From: Octopus sinensis | Taxonomy: Eukaryota | DNA: 19,879 nucleotides | Assembly (NCBI RefSeq): GCF_006345805.1 | Contig: NW_021824052.1 | Coordinates: 1-19,879 of the forward strand | Direction of reading: 5' to 3' | Part shown: one piece after another, positions 1-10,160 of the stretch | How positions within the stretch are numbered: the first letter of the stretch is position 1 | How the letters are laid out: every line of letters begins with the position of its first letter | Position numbers and translations under genes: made by a program | The notes under the pieces: generated by a model | Told to the model about the DNA's origin: nothing | Databases searched by the model: none | Seen by the model: the letters and a program-made list of their open reading frames with translations, nothing else

Positions 1-1040
1 AACGGCTTTTTTTTCTTGTTTCTTCGATACTGGCTCCGTGGTTGACAAACTTTTGGTTCACAAACTGACAAATTTCGCTTCAACCTGCACAATTCTTTAT
101 TTTCTGTAAAACTTTCTTACTTTCTACCCATCGTATTAAGAAATATAATTTCCGTTACCCAGTTATTTTCATTGTTTACTGTCTTCTGCACTCGGGTATT
201 TCAGTATACGTGTATAACCATGCCTTGAAGGAAAGTCTGTAGAAATTTGTCTACAATGTCATGGTTAGCCAAAAGAATGTTTCTGTCCAAAGAAAGTGAG
301 ACAACTGCAGAAAGGGAAGCATACCAAGAAACGAACAGACTGTGCACTGCAAAAGCCATAGCATCTCAAAGTAATAAACAGAGGTATGCACAGCTGACAA
401 GGAATAGGATATCCACTGCAGAACGAAGAGCAGTTGCAACAGCTCAGAGAAGCAACTTGTATGAAGCAGCTTTCAATTATGATCTAGCAGTTCATTATGC
501 CACCGATGACCCTAGAGTTTCTATTGGTGCAATGGCAACTGAGTGTATACATTGTAAACAAGCATGTGACCTGAAAGACAATTGCACTGTGCTGCAGTGG
601 TGGAAAGGTTAAACTCCCTGCAATCCCCCAACCCCCAGAGCCATTGAAGAATCTGTGTCATCAACTGACCAAGATTCATGCAAACTTTCAAGATCTAAGG
701 TCAGATTTATCATCGGATTGGCTCTCTACTACCTCTGACAAATGAATCACCAAAATCGGCCCTTCATTGTTTAAAATATGTACCTGGATTTGGTTACGAA
801 ATAAGCTAGACAAAACGGGTTTTTGAATTACATGTATCTACTTTATATACACATACGAGTAGAAAACATTCTTTTAACATTTCACTTAACGTCTATGTTC
901 CATGCTAGCATGGGTTAGAGAGCTACTAATGTAGAAAGTTGGTATCTAAGCTACTAGCAGTTGAGATCCTCGTAATCTAGGCGGCGTATTAAAATTTCAT
1001 TAGTCTCTTTAACCCAGGCAACGCTGGGTATTTCTGCTAG
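1..1040 (+). mobile_element. Internally deleted Helitron (5' end lies outside the window)
   Basis: Canonical 3' end: hairpin ACCCAG-gcaacg-CTGGGT (1012-1029), then CTAG (1037-1040) followed by T. Contains a decayed Rep/Hel N-terminal coding segment at 220-655. Confidence 0.8.
220..655 (+). pseudogene. Decayed Helitron Rep/Hel N-terminus (charged repeats plus zinc-finger-like region)
   Basis: ORF 247-612 gives ...AAFNYDLAVHYATDDPRVSIGAMATECIHCK. After a frameshift, 587-655 reads LCCSGGKVKLPAIPQPPEPLKNL. Together these match the IGxMxxxCxHC...CCxxGKVxLP...PPEPL motif of Helitron Rep/Hel proteins. The ATG at 220 is followed by an early stop. Confidence 0.8.
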
Positions 1041-1721
1041 TGAAGTAACATTCTACCGCTTAGATTTCAAATGCCAGCCACGATGTATAAGCAAAAATGA
1101 ATGATAAAGGCTTCAGAAGTTATATTTGCCTACTATTAAACGAAGTCGTTACACACATCAATAAAACTTCACATTTCCATGAGAAAATCAAAGATATCTA
1201 GAAACGTTGATTTTGTTTGATTTAAGAACATTATTGTCCCAAACGAACCGTAGAGAACTCACACAGAGTCACTGACCGAGAAGGTTATTTTGTTTATATA
1301 AATCTATCATAGATTAAGCTCTTACCTTCGTGGATAGCTTAATTTGCATATCGCTGCATTTGATGGATCGCCATTAATTGTTCACTATATGTTTTATGCA
1401 TAACTCAGCGTGATTCAGAAGAACCAGCGTATATTAAAGCATGAAAAAGCCTAGCTGCAAAAGAAATTATGGAGATTCTGATCTTTTTTACGCCCAACGA
1501 AATTATAGAAACAATATGATTACATTACTATTATTTGTCTCTTACCTTGGTTTTCTAGGGGAGAAGCTTTAAAGGTAATACTTTTGAAACAAGACAAAAT
1601 TTATATTCAGGTTATACTCCACAAGGTGCGCTATTTCATTCTCGATGCAAAAACTTGAATCACTCGAAACTGCACCGACCATTTCTCATCTCAAGTCCGA
1701 GACCAAGAAAATAAATAAATT

Positions 1722-1920
1722 TTTTTTATTTGTTTCAGTCATTTGACAGCGGCCATGCTAGTGCACCGCCTTTAGTCGAACAGATCGACCCCAGTACTTA
1801 TTCTTTGTAAGCCTAGTACTTATTCTATCGGTCTCTTTTGCCGAACCACTAAGTTACAAGGAGGTAAACACACCAGCATCGGTTGTCAAGCGATGGTGGG
1901 GGACAACACAGACACAAACA
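1722..1920 (-). mobile_element. SINE family A, 3' half
   Basis: Reverse complement matches 4715-4918 (ttgacaaccgatg...gaataagtact...ggtcgat...gcatggccgc...caaatgactgaaac). It runs into the (CA)/(TA) tract at 1921-2100, and the head is missing. Confidence 0.85.
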
Positions 1921-2100
1921 CCTAACACACACACACACACACATACACACACATACATATATATATATACATATATATATATTATATATATATATATATA
2001 TATTATATACATATTTATATACATAAATACATACTAATACATACATACATACACCCCACACCACACATATATATATATTATTATATATATATATATATCT
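1921..2100. repeat. (CA)n/(TA)n compound microsatellite
   Basis: Direct observation. It corresponds to the internal microsatellite of SINE A. Confidence 0.95.
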
Positions 2101-2589
2101 CCACATCTAATATAGGATAAATTTTTTCGATAAAAATGTTATCATGGCTAGCATATTAAAAAATACCTTTAAAGGTTAATTTATACAACTTATAAGTGTA
2201 GGTGGTATACGAGTGGGTATATATTTATAAAAAAGGAGTTTATAAAAATGAAGTTTCAAAACGCCGAAATAGCAGTAGTAGCAGTGATTGTTGGTCGTAG
2301 TAGTAGCGACCGTGGTGGTGGTGGTTGGAGTTGCAGCAGTTCATTGTTGAACTGGTCATTTCCCCAACTTTAGTCAACACACAACACACAAGACAGCTAT
2401 TATGCTCTCCCAAACAAAAAACCAACACGTGGATTCTGTTGAGACTAGTAAGAAACAATTAAGGACTTTTTTATTATACTTAACTTTTAAAAATATTTTT
2501 GATAAGGTTCGTTTTTTCAAGAAGACCCGAAACATGTAAAATTTCTAAGAAAATTAAAATTTATCTTATATAGTGGCGTTTTCAAACTT

Positions 2590-2593
<4 letters not shown>

Positions 2594-2658
<65 letters not shown>

Positions 2659-2796
2659 TGTGTGTGAGTGTGTGTATGTGTGTTTTTGTTATCTGTGTCC
2701 CTGTTTGTCGCCCCACCATTGCTTGACAACCGATGCTGGTGTGTCTACGTCCCCATAACTTACCGGTTCGACAAAAGAGACCGATAGAATAAGTAC
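2594..2796 (+). mobile_element. SINE family A, internal microsatellite plus truncated 3' part
   Basis: (TA)n(TG)n, then ttgcttgacaaccgatgctggtgtg...gagaccgatagaataagtac. Cut at 2796, where a family D SINE begins. Confidence 0.8.
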
Positions 2797-2797
2797 G

Positions 2798-3089
2798 ATG
2801 GCTCAGTGGTTAGGGCAGCGGACTCGCGGTTGTAGGATCGAAGTATCGATTCCCAGACCGGGCGTTTTGAGTGCTTATTGAGCGAAAACACCGAAAACTC
2901 CACGTGACTCCGACACGAGGTAGTGGCGATCCCTGCTGTACCCTTTCGCCACAACTTTCTTTCACTGTTTCTTCTGTTGGCCTGTTCGCTTATCCAGCAA
3001 GGTGACGTCATTTGAAGGCTAAAACAATGCGAAGCGCATTGTGACCAGAGATATGTAGCAACATCTGATAGCCTGGTCGGTGATCACGG
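2798..3089 (+). mobile_element. SINE family D (tRNA-derived head, structured tail)
   Basis: A-box-like TGGCTCAGTGG and B-box-like GTATCGATTCCC. The first ~180 bp match the inverted copy at 3193-3375. The tail at 3017-3078 is strongly structured. Confidence 0.8.
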
Positions 3090-3192
3090 GGCTCATATAT
3101 ATATTATATATATATATATATATATAAACTTAGATATGTTTCGACCAAAGATTGGTCCAGGCCATGTCTAACTTAATACCACCACCTGATGA

Positions 3193-3375
3193 AGAAAGAG
3201 TGAGAGAAAGAGTGGTGAAAGAGTACAGCAGGGATCACCACTCCCTGCCGGAGGCTCGTGAAGCTTTTAGGTGTTTTCGCTCAATAAACACACACAACGC
3301 CCAGTCTGGGAATCGAAACCGCGATCCTACGACCGCGAGTCCTCTGCCCTAACCACTGGGCCATTGCGCCTCCAC
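3193..3375 (-). mobile_element. SINE family D, head and body
   Basis: Reverse complement ggaggcgcaatggcccagtggttagggcag...ggtttcgattcccagac has Pol III A and B boxes and is homologous to 2798-2975. Confidence 0.85.
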
Positions 3376-3597
3376 AATAATATATATATATATATATATG
3401 GTTAATTCAAATAAACAAACAAAAAAATGAAAAAAAAGACGAACGCCAAGACGTGCTCAAGAAATATATTAATTGGAGGCTCGGTGAAGCGAGGAAGCTT
3501 TTTCTAACGTTTTGAGCATAGTTCTTCGTCGGAAAGAAGAAGTCCAAAGAGAAACAGGGAAATAAGGGAAAATCGCTAACTGCCCAGATGCACTTAA

Positions 3598-3614
3598 TAT
3601 ATATATATATATAT

Positions 3615-3678
<64 letters not shown>
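3598..3678. repeat. (TA)n microsatellite
   Basis: Direct observation. Confidence 0.95.
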
Positions 3679-3681
<3 letters not shown>

Positions 3682-3761
3682 GGTCCCGGGTTATTCGGGT
3701 TAACCACAGTAATAAGGTACTCAATACATAGCAGAGTAAAATTAATTTATTATATAGAAGG

Positions 3762-3810
3762 AGCTTCTACAGGACTAGAACTGTTTCATTCAAGAGAATC
3801 ATCAGGAGCT
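3762..3810 (-). ncRNA. Type I hammerhead ribozyme candidate in a Penelope-like terminal repeat remnant
   Basis: Minus strand reads AGCUC-CUGAUGA-uucucuugaau-GAAA-CAG-uucuaguc-CUG-UA-GAAGCU. Core CUGAUGA/GAAA/UA, stem III ACAG/CUGU, stem I AGCUC/GA(A)GCU, short stem II. Confidence 0.6.
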
Positions 3811-4039
3811 AGTTAACAAGAATTGGTATTGGCATTTATACTTTAGGCAGGTTTAAAGGGGTGGTGGTGGGGGACTTTTTTGGGGGTAGGCATAGCGCAA
3901 AAATATCATACTTGGGGGAGTGGTCAAGGAGTCAGTGGTAAATTAGATAAAAGAATAAATAAAAGAATAAAAAAATATATAAAAGAATAAAAAAATATAT
4001 AGAAGAATAGAGTTTTAGGTAAATAAGGAGATTCTCACT

Positions 4040-4420
4040 TATACATACACACACACACACACACATATACATACACACATACATACACACACACACACAT
4101 ATATATATACATATATATATACATACATATATATACACATATATATATATATACATATATATGCACATACATATACACACACACATGTATATATACACAC
4201 ACGACCACACATACATATACACACAAAATATATATCATACACACACATACACATACACACATACACACACATATCCACATACACACATGCACACACAAGT
4301 CCCTATATACACATATAATATATATATATATATATAGATATATATATATATATATAGATACATATATACATACATATGTGTACCTATACATACCTACACA
4401 TACAACCATATACATACAAA
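4040..4420. repeat. Degenerate (CA)n/(TA)n/(TACA)n tract
   Basis: Direct observation. Confidence 0.95.
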
Positions 4421-4499
4421 TACAAACCCATTCCCTAATTTTAATTTTATTATCTTCATTTATTACTTTTGTTATCTTTGACCGCTATATATATATATA

Positions 4500-4670
4500 G
4501 GCGCAGAAGTGGCTGTGTGGTAAGTAGCTTGCTTACCAACCACATGGTTCCGGGTTCAGTCCCACTGCGTGGCATCTTGGGCAAGTGTTTTCTGCTATAG
4601 CCTCGGGCCGGCCAATGCCTTGTGAGTGGATTTGATAGACGGAAACTGAAAGAAGCCTATCGTATATATG

Positions 4671-4704
<34 letters not shown>

Positions 4705-4918
4705 CATGTATTTTTGTCTGTGTTTGTCCCCCTAACATTGCTTGACAACCGATGGTGGTGTGTTTACGTCCCTGTCACTTAGCGGTTCGGCAACAGAGAC
4801 CGATAGAATAAGTACTGGGCTTCCAAAGAATAAGTCCCGGGGTCGATTTGCTCGACTAAAGGCGGTGCTCCAGCATGGCCGCAGTCAAATGACTGAAATA
4901 AGTAAAAGAGTAAAAGAG
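4500..4918 (+). mobile_element. SINE family A, full length (tRNA head, CORE-like segment, internal microsatellite, tail)
   Basis: A box TGGCTGTGTGG, B box GGTTCAGTCCC, CORE-like cttgggcaagtg, internal (TA)n(TG)n at ~4662-4704, and a tail ending in (GTAAAAGA)2. Several homologous copies occur in the window. Confidence 0.9.
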
Positions 4919-4949
4919 AATATACACACACATACTTTGCGTGAAAGAC

Positions 4950-4954
<5 letters not shown>

Positions 4955-5022
<68 letters not shown>
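4955..5022. repeat. (GA)n microsatellite
   Basis: Direct observation. Confidence 0.95.
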
Positions 5023-5024
<2 letters not shown>

Positions 5025-5219
5025 GATAGAGAGATGGAGGATGGAGGGACTGAGAATGAAGGAAGGAGAGAATTAAAGTTCAAGTTAGCCAAATAGAAAT
5101 CTAGAAAACCAGAAAGATGAATGTTGTAAATACATGTAAACAATGTCTTTTAGCGGATTTTCTCTTCATTTGATGACAGTTTTAAAACAAAAAACAAAAC
5201 AAAACAAAACAAAAATACT

Positions 5220-5242
5220 ACACACACATTCATATATATATA

Positions 5243-5318
<76 letters not shown>

Positions 5319-5582
5319 TATACTTATATACTCATACGCATACATAAATACATACATGTGTGTATATATGTATATAAATATATATATATATATAATTATG
5401 TTGTGTGTGTGTGTGTGTGTGTATGTATACTTATATAAACGCATACGCATACATAAATACATACATGTGTGTATATATGTATGTATATATATATATATAT
5501 ATATATACCTGTGTGTGTATATATTTATGTATGTATGTATATATGTATGTATGTATGCATGTATGTATATATGCGTATATAT
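5220..5582. repeat. (TA)n/(TG)n/(TATG)n compound tract with an internal ~50-bp duplication (catacgcatacataaatacatacatg at ~5333 and ~5442)
   Basis: Direct observation. Confidence 0.9.
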
Positions 5583-5780
5583 TTCCTCATACATAAACAA
5601 CCGAAAACCTATCTACTCTGAGGAAAAGCCATAACAACGTTTATTTTTTTCTGTCTAGTCAATACTAATTAACTATATTTGTCTTTAATAGCCAATCGAA
5701 AACCGCCATTATCAACAACAAAGATAGCTACGACGACATTAATGGCAAGCTAGTCACATAAGTATCTTCACATCAACAAC

Positions 5781-5782
5781 AA

Positions 5783-5833
<51 letters not shown>

Positions 5834-5835
5834 AT
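5781..5835. repeat. (AAAT)n microsatellite
   Basis: Direct observation. Confidence 0.95.
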
Positions 5836-6031
5836 GAAAAGCTATAAGGAAAAACACAATTAACAATATTATCGTCAGCAGCTGCTTAAGTAGCCGCCAT
5901 GTACTCGCTTGTAATATTAACGAAATCTACCTCAAATCACTCTTTACCTCTAATACAGAAGTGATGTGTTGAGCACGGCTGGAACGCATTCGGTAACATA
6001 TCTTCTCAGTCAGTGTTGATATGAATCCAAA

Positions 6032-6452
6032 GGCGGCGAGCTGGTAGAAACGTTAGCACGCCGGGCGAAATACGTAGCCGTATTTCCTCTGCCGCTACGT
6101 TCTGAATTCAAATTCCGCCGAGGTCGACTTTGCCTTTCATCCTTTCGGGGTCGATAAACTAAGTATCAGTTACGCACTGGGGTCGATATAATCAACTTAA
6201 TCCGTTTGTCTGTCCTTGTTTGCCCCTTCTGTGTTTAGCCCCTTGTGGGTAGTAAAGAAATAGAAATAGGTATTTCGTCTGCCGTTACGTTCTGAGTTCA
6301 AATTCCGTCAAGGTCGACTTTGCCTTTCATCCTTACGGGGTCGATAAATTAAGTACCAGTTACGCACTGGGGTCGATGTAACCGACATAATCCCTTTGTC
6401 TGCTCTTGTTTGTCCCCTCTATGTTTAGCCCCACGTGGTCAATAAAGAAATA
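6032..6452 (+). mobile_element. SINE family B, dimeric (full unit 6032-6268 plus 5'-truncated unit 6269-6452)
   Basis: Head ggcggcgagctgg...gttcaaattcc and conserved central gcctttcatcctttcggggtcgataaa..aagta occur twice. Flanked by a 20-bp TSD, agtgttgatatgaatccaaa (6012-6031) and agtgttaatatgaatctaaa (6453-6472), with 2 mismatches. Confidence 0.9.
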
Positions 6453-6574
6453 AGTGTTAATATGAATCTAAACAACAATAGCACCAAGAACAACAATTAC
6501 GGAAGCAGCAAAAAGGCGCTGATAAAGTATTGCAATATCTCCAGCTTTCGATGTACGTACGTAAAATGAGAGGC

Positions 6575-7029
6575 TGGTAAAATGAGAGAGCTTGCTACGT
6601 TGTCTTTAGTTTGATTTTCGTAACTGTCCTCACCTATTGTAATGAATGTTAGGTTAATAACGAAAGACACGATCGTGAATACAAGCGGTCGAAATAGAGT
6701 TCCTGCGAAGCATATCTTGAGTGAGGTTACTCGACAATGTGTCTAGTTCGAAAACCAGGGTGCCTCTCAAGGCGGTGCCGCTATTTTTCCGCATTGAGAG
6801 GTCACAGCCTTGATATCACTGACATATGGTTAGAATGCCGAAGGAAATAATTGCAAGACACATTCTTCAATCTGAATCAACTGACATGGAACCGAGAAGT
6901 TCACCAAAAATGAAATGCCAGGAAATTCAGTGAGAAAGTGTAATATCGGTTGCTTTTCATGGGGTCCTATGGAGAAGGTACCTGAGGACTGTAAACCCGT
7001 GACCCTCTCAAGAATAGTGAGATGGATGT
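6575..7029 (+). mobile_element. Decayed 3' end of an RTE-clade (Expander/Rex3-like) LINE
   Basis: Piecewise translation VLTYCNEC*V..IQAVEIEFLRSIS*VRLLDNVSSS...PLFFRIERSQP*YH*HMVRMPKEIIARHIL matches the post-RT RTE motif LTYGHECWVMT..IQAAEM.FLRR...IERSQLRWxGHxxRMP. It ends in a GATGGATG tail and has many stops and frameshifts. Confidence 0.8.
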
Positions 7030-7061
7030 CACCCACTCATTGTCACCTATCTTCGAAACAA

Positions 7062-7268
7062 ACTGGCAGAATCGTTAGCACGCCGGCACAATGCTTAGCG
7101 GCATTTTTTCTGGCTTTACATTCTGAGTTCAAATTCCGTTGCCGTTGACTTAGTCTTTTTTCTTTCCGGGTTCGATAAAACAAGTACCAGTCAAACTCTG
7201 GAGTCAATGATATCGATTTAACACCTTTCTCCAAAATTGCAGGCCTTGTGCTAGAATTTGAAACCATT
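7062..7268 (+). mobile_element. SINE family B, diverged copy with an alternative tail
   Basis: Head and central region are homologous to 6040-6200. The tail aaattgcaggccttgtgctagaatttgaaacc differs from the tails of the 6032 dimer. Confidence 0.8.
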
Positions 7269-7792
7269 TATCTTCGTGACGTACTTTATTCATATTCAGT
7301 TCATTATGTCTTTGATTCTTTAATATGAAGAATGAAATTAACTCGGTACAAAAAGCTGATGCGCTATCCTCCAGGTGACCGAAAAAAATTACTCAAGGAA
7401 GCCATTCACACAGAAAATAATAAAAATAGACTCCGCTTCACAAATTAGAACTTAACTGGCCTGCTTTCTAGATGATGTGTTGACAGTTAGATGACACGAA
7501 TGAATTCAGAGTTGGGCTAAAAGATAATTTTATTGTTCAAGTGAATAATGAAATAAACGGTCCAACGTATGACAAAAGATACATCGTCAAGGAAGGTGAC
7601 GGAAGGTAAATAAGTGATGAAAGATAAATAAGTTGAATAACCGCATAACATTTAGTGAATAAGACTACAAATTTATCATTATCATTTACACAAGCTTATA
7701 ACGCAATCACGCACAGATATACACTTATATATGCATTCTGTATTAAGATATATGTATACGCCATAAGGTATATCATTAGTAGTCATAGCAAA

Positions 7793-7997
7793 GGCGGCGA
7801 GCTGGCAGAAACGTTATCACGCCGGGCGAAATGCTTTGCGGCATTCCGTCAGCCCTTACGTTCAAATTCCGCCGAGGTCGACTTTACCTTTCATCCTTTC
7901 GTGGGCGATTAAACAAGTACCAGTTATGCACTGGGATCCATATAATCAACTGGCTCCCTTCCACCGTAATTTCAGGCCTTGTGAAAGAAACGATTAT
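7793..7997 (+). mobile_element. SINE family B
   Basis: Homologous to the 6032 head and core. TSD tagtcatagcaa at 7780-7791 and 7998-8009. Tail tttcaggccttgtg resembles the 7062 copy. Confidence 0.9.
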
Positions 7998-8012
7998 TAG
8001 TCATAGCAAGAA

Positions 8013-8073
8013 GGCGGTGAGTTTGAAGAATCATTATCGCGCCGGCCCAAAATGCTAAACATCTTTTCTTCCG
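8013..8073 (+). mobile_element. Old SINE family B 5' fragment
   Basis: ggcggtgagtttgaagaatcattatcgcgccgg..aaatgct aligns to the family B head. Confidence 0.6.
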
Positions 8074-8677
8074 ACATATGTCTGTATGTATGCATGTTAT
8101 GCATGTGTCGACTATGCAGTACTAAAAAGCAATATTTAATGATGACTGAAGGAAAAATAAAGATCTGCGTTTGTAAAGGTGACGCATGACTACTCTTTCC
8201 AGTTATATCTGGTGTTTGAAGGACACTGTGTCTTATTACAGTGTCAGATGGAAAACAATTGGAAGATACACATCATGTAAAGTTGGCAACGAAATATATT
8301 CTCTACATGCTGTTAAAAATAATGTAATGTTGAAAAATTCTAGTTAAACCGTTATTTACCTTAATTCCGAATCCTAGATAATCAACAAATATACACAATA
8401 ATGTAAGTATAACTTTAGATCTTGGCTAAAATCCACCATGAATATATGACACATAAGTAATCGTATCCTGTTAAGTGCACAGTTGTAAATACATGATTGT
8501 CGGCATTACACCTTAATCTCTGATCTCGAAATTTAAACTTAATTTAGATTTCACATGTTACTTTCTAAAAATTATTCTGGAAACGCTTCACACTGCATGT
8601 TATATCTCATTAATTATTCATATCCATTTACATACCTCTCTATGCATCTAGCAGAGTAACAGCTTCTTTGAAGACCA

Positions 8678-8996
8678 GTGGCCGAGTGGTTAGGGTGTTC
8701 GTGTCACGGTCGTAAGGTGATAAGTTCGATTCCTTGCGATGCCTTGTGTCCTTGAGCAAAATGCTTTATTCCATGTTGCTCCAGAGTCCACTCAGCTGAC
8801 AAAAACGAGTTGTACCAGTAATCTAAAGAGCGAGCTTCAGCATATTCTGTGTCACGCTGTATCACCATGAGAAGTACATGTATGGTACGCGTGTTTGTGG
8901 AATGCTCAACCACTTTCACATCAAGTTCACGAGGAGCAGGCTGACCCGTAGATCGGTTCAACTGGAACAGTCGCCGTCTTAACCGGCGGAGTACCA
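8678..8996 (+). mobile_element. SINE family C, diverged full length
   Basis: A box TGGCCGAGTGG, B box GTTCGATTCC, CORE-like tgtgtccttgagcaa. The tail gatcggttcaactggaac...cggagtacca matches 15976-16021. Confidence 0.8.
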
Positions 8997-9270
8997 GTTT
9001 TTTTTGTTACAATTTCCGTTCACTGACGAGAAAACTACGTTTAGAAGAAATTCTAGGTCATATCCCTTTATGTCTTTTGACGGACGTCCTCACTTGTTTT
9101 CAAATATCTGGTAACCAGATATTTCTAAATATTTCGGGTTTTCGTCGTTAACGAAAAATCAAGACAAATTTAGTTCCAGAACGACCAAATGAGAGTATTA
9201 TATAATTGTTACATCACGCACAAAGCAGTCTGAAGCCAATAACAATTGTAATCGAACAGTTGATTGTATT

Positions 9271-9282
9271 ACACACACACTT

Positions 9283-9356
<74 letters not shown>

Positions 9357-9362
9357 ACACAC
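9271..9362. repeat. (CA)n microsatellite
   Basis: Direct observation. Confidence 0.95.
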
Positions 9363-10010
9363 TGTGATATATATAACGCACAGCCACCGTCGTTGGCAGT
9401 TGTTTACCTTCCAGTCCTGATGAAATTGAAAGTCGCCGATCTGTTACGACTTTAGCACGTAAGAGAAATATTACTTCAACAATAACATCAACAACAACAA
9501 CAATAAAAACAATAACAAACACTTTAAAACGTATCAACAATTTTTATTTTTCTATGCAGTATTTTCTTATTTAATTTTTCAGTGAACTTATTAGGATGTT
9601 TTCTTTTTCTTTTATATTTATCAAAAAATATACAAATGGTAAAATGGCGACGAAGTTCTAATTTTAGTCAATAAACATTTGATAGTGTGTTATCGATCTC
9701 TAAGGTAAGCTGATTGTTATTGATGATTATCATTCTAATTCTGTTTTGTAATGTATTTTGGTGTTGTTGAATTATTTTTCTTTATTTCTAATGCTTTTTT
9801 ATGTATTTTTCTAATATTATTATTTTTCGTAATTTTCAACCAATCGACACTCAGACAAACATTAAGAAATAACCGAGACTTTTAAAACTGCTGCTTTATG
9901 TCTGCCTTCATCTTTCCTTATTTAAAATATAGTACTGCTCAATGTGTCCGTATGTTATTGTATATACACAATACATACACACACATTCATATACATATCT
10001 ATATATATAT

Positions 10011-10053
<43 letters not shown>

Positions 10054-10160
10054 ATATATATATATGTTATTATGTATGCAGTGGTTGGACAATATAATGG
10101 AACACATCATTTTATTTAACTAATTTTCCTACTGGCGGTAGTACAAGTTCAGAACTTTTC

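Noticed and set aside
4500-4575. tRNA-like sequences (also at 2798, 3300-3375, 6032 and 8678)
   Set aside because: They have A/B boxes but continue into SINE bodies without a closed acceptor stem. They are SINE heads, not tRNA genes.
4533-5026. Recurrent similar ORFs (MTTDAGVFT..., ...GIGRPEAI..TCPR) also at 16374, 17074, 17781 and 18146
   Set aside because: They recur because they are read through SINE A copies. This is not a protein family.
9410-9460. CTGATGA-aatt-GAAA-gtcg...cgac-TT hammerhead-like core
   Set aside because: Stem III is present, but stem II is only 4 nt in total and no stem I pairing can be formed.
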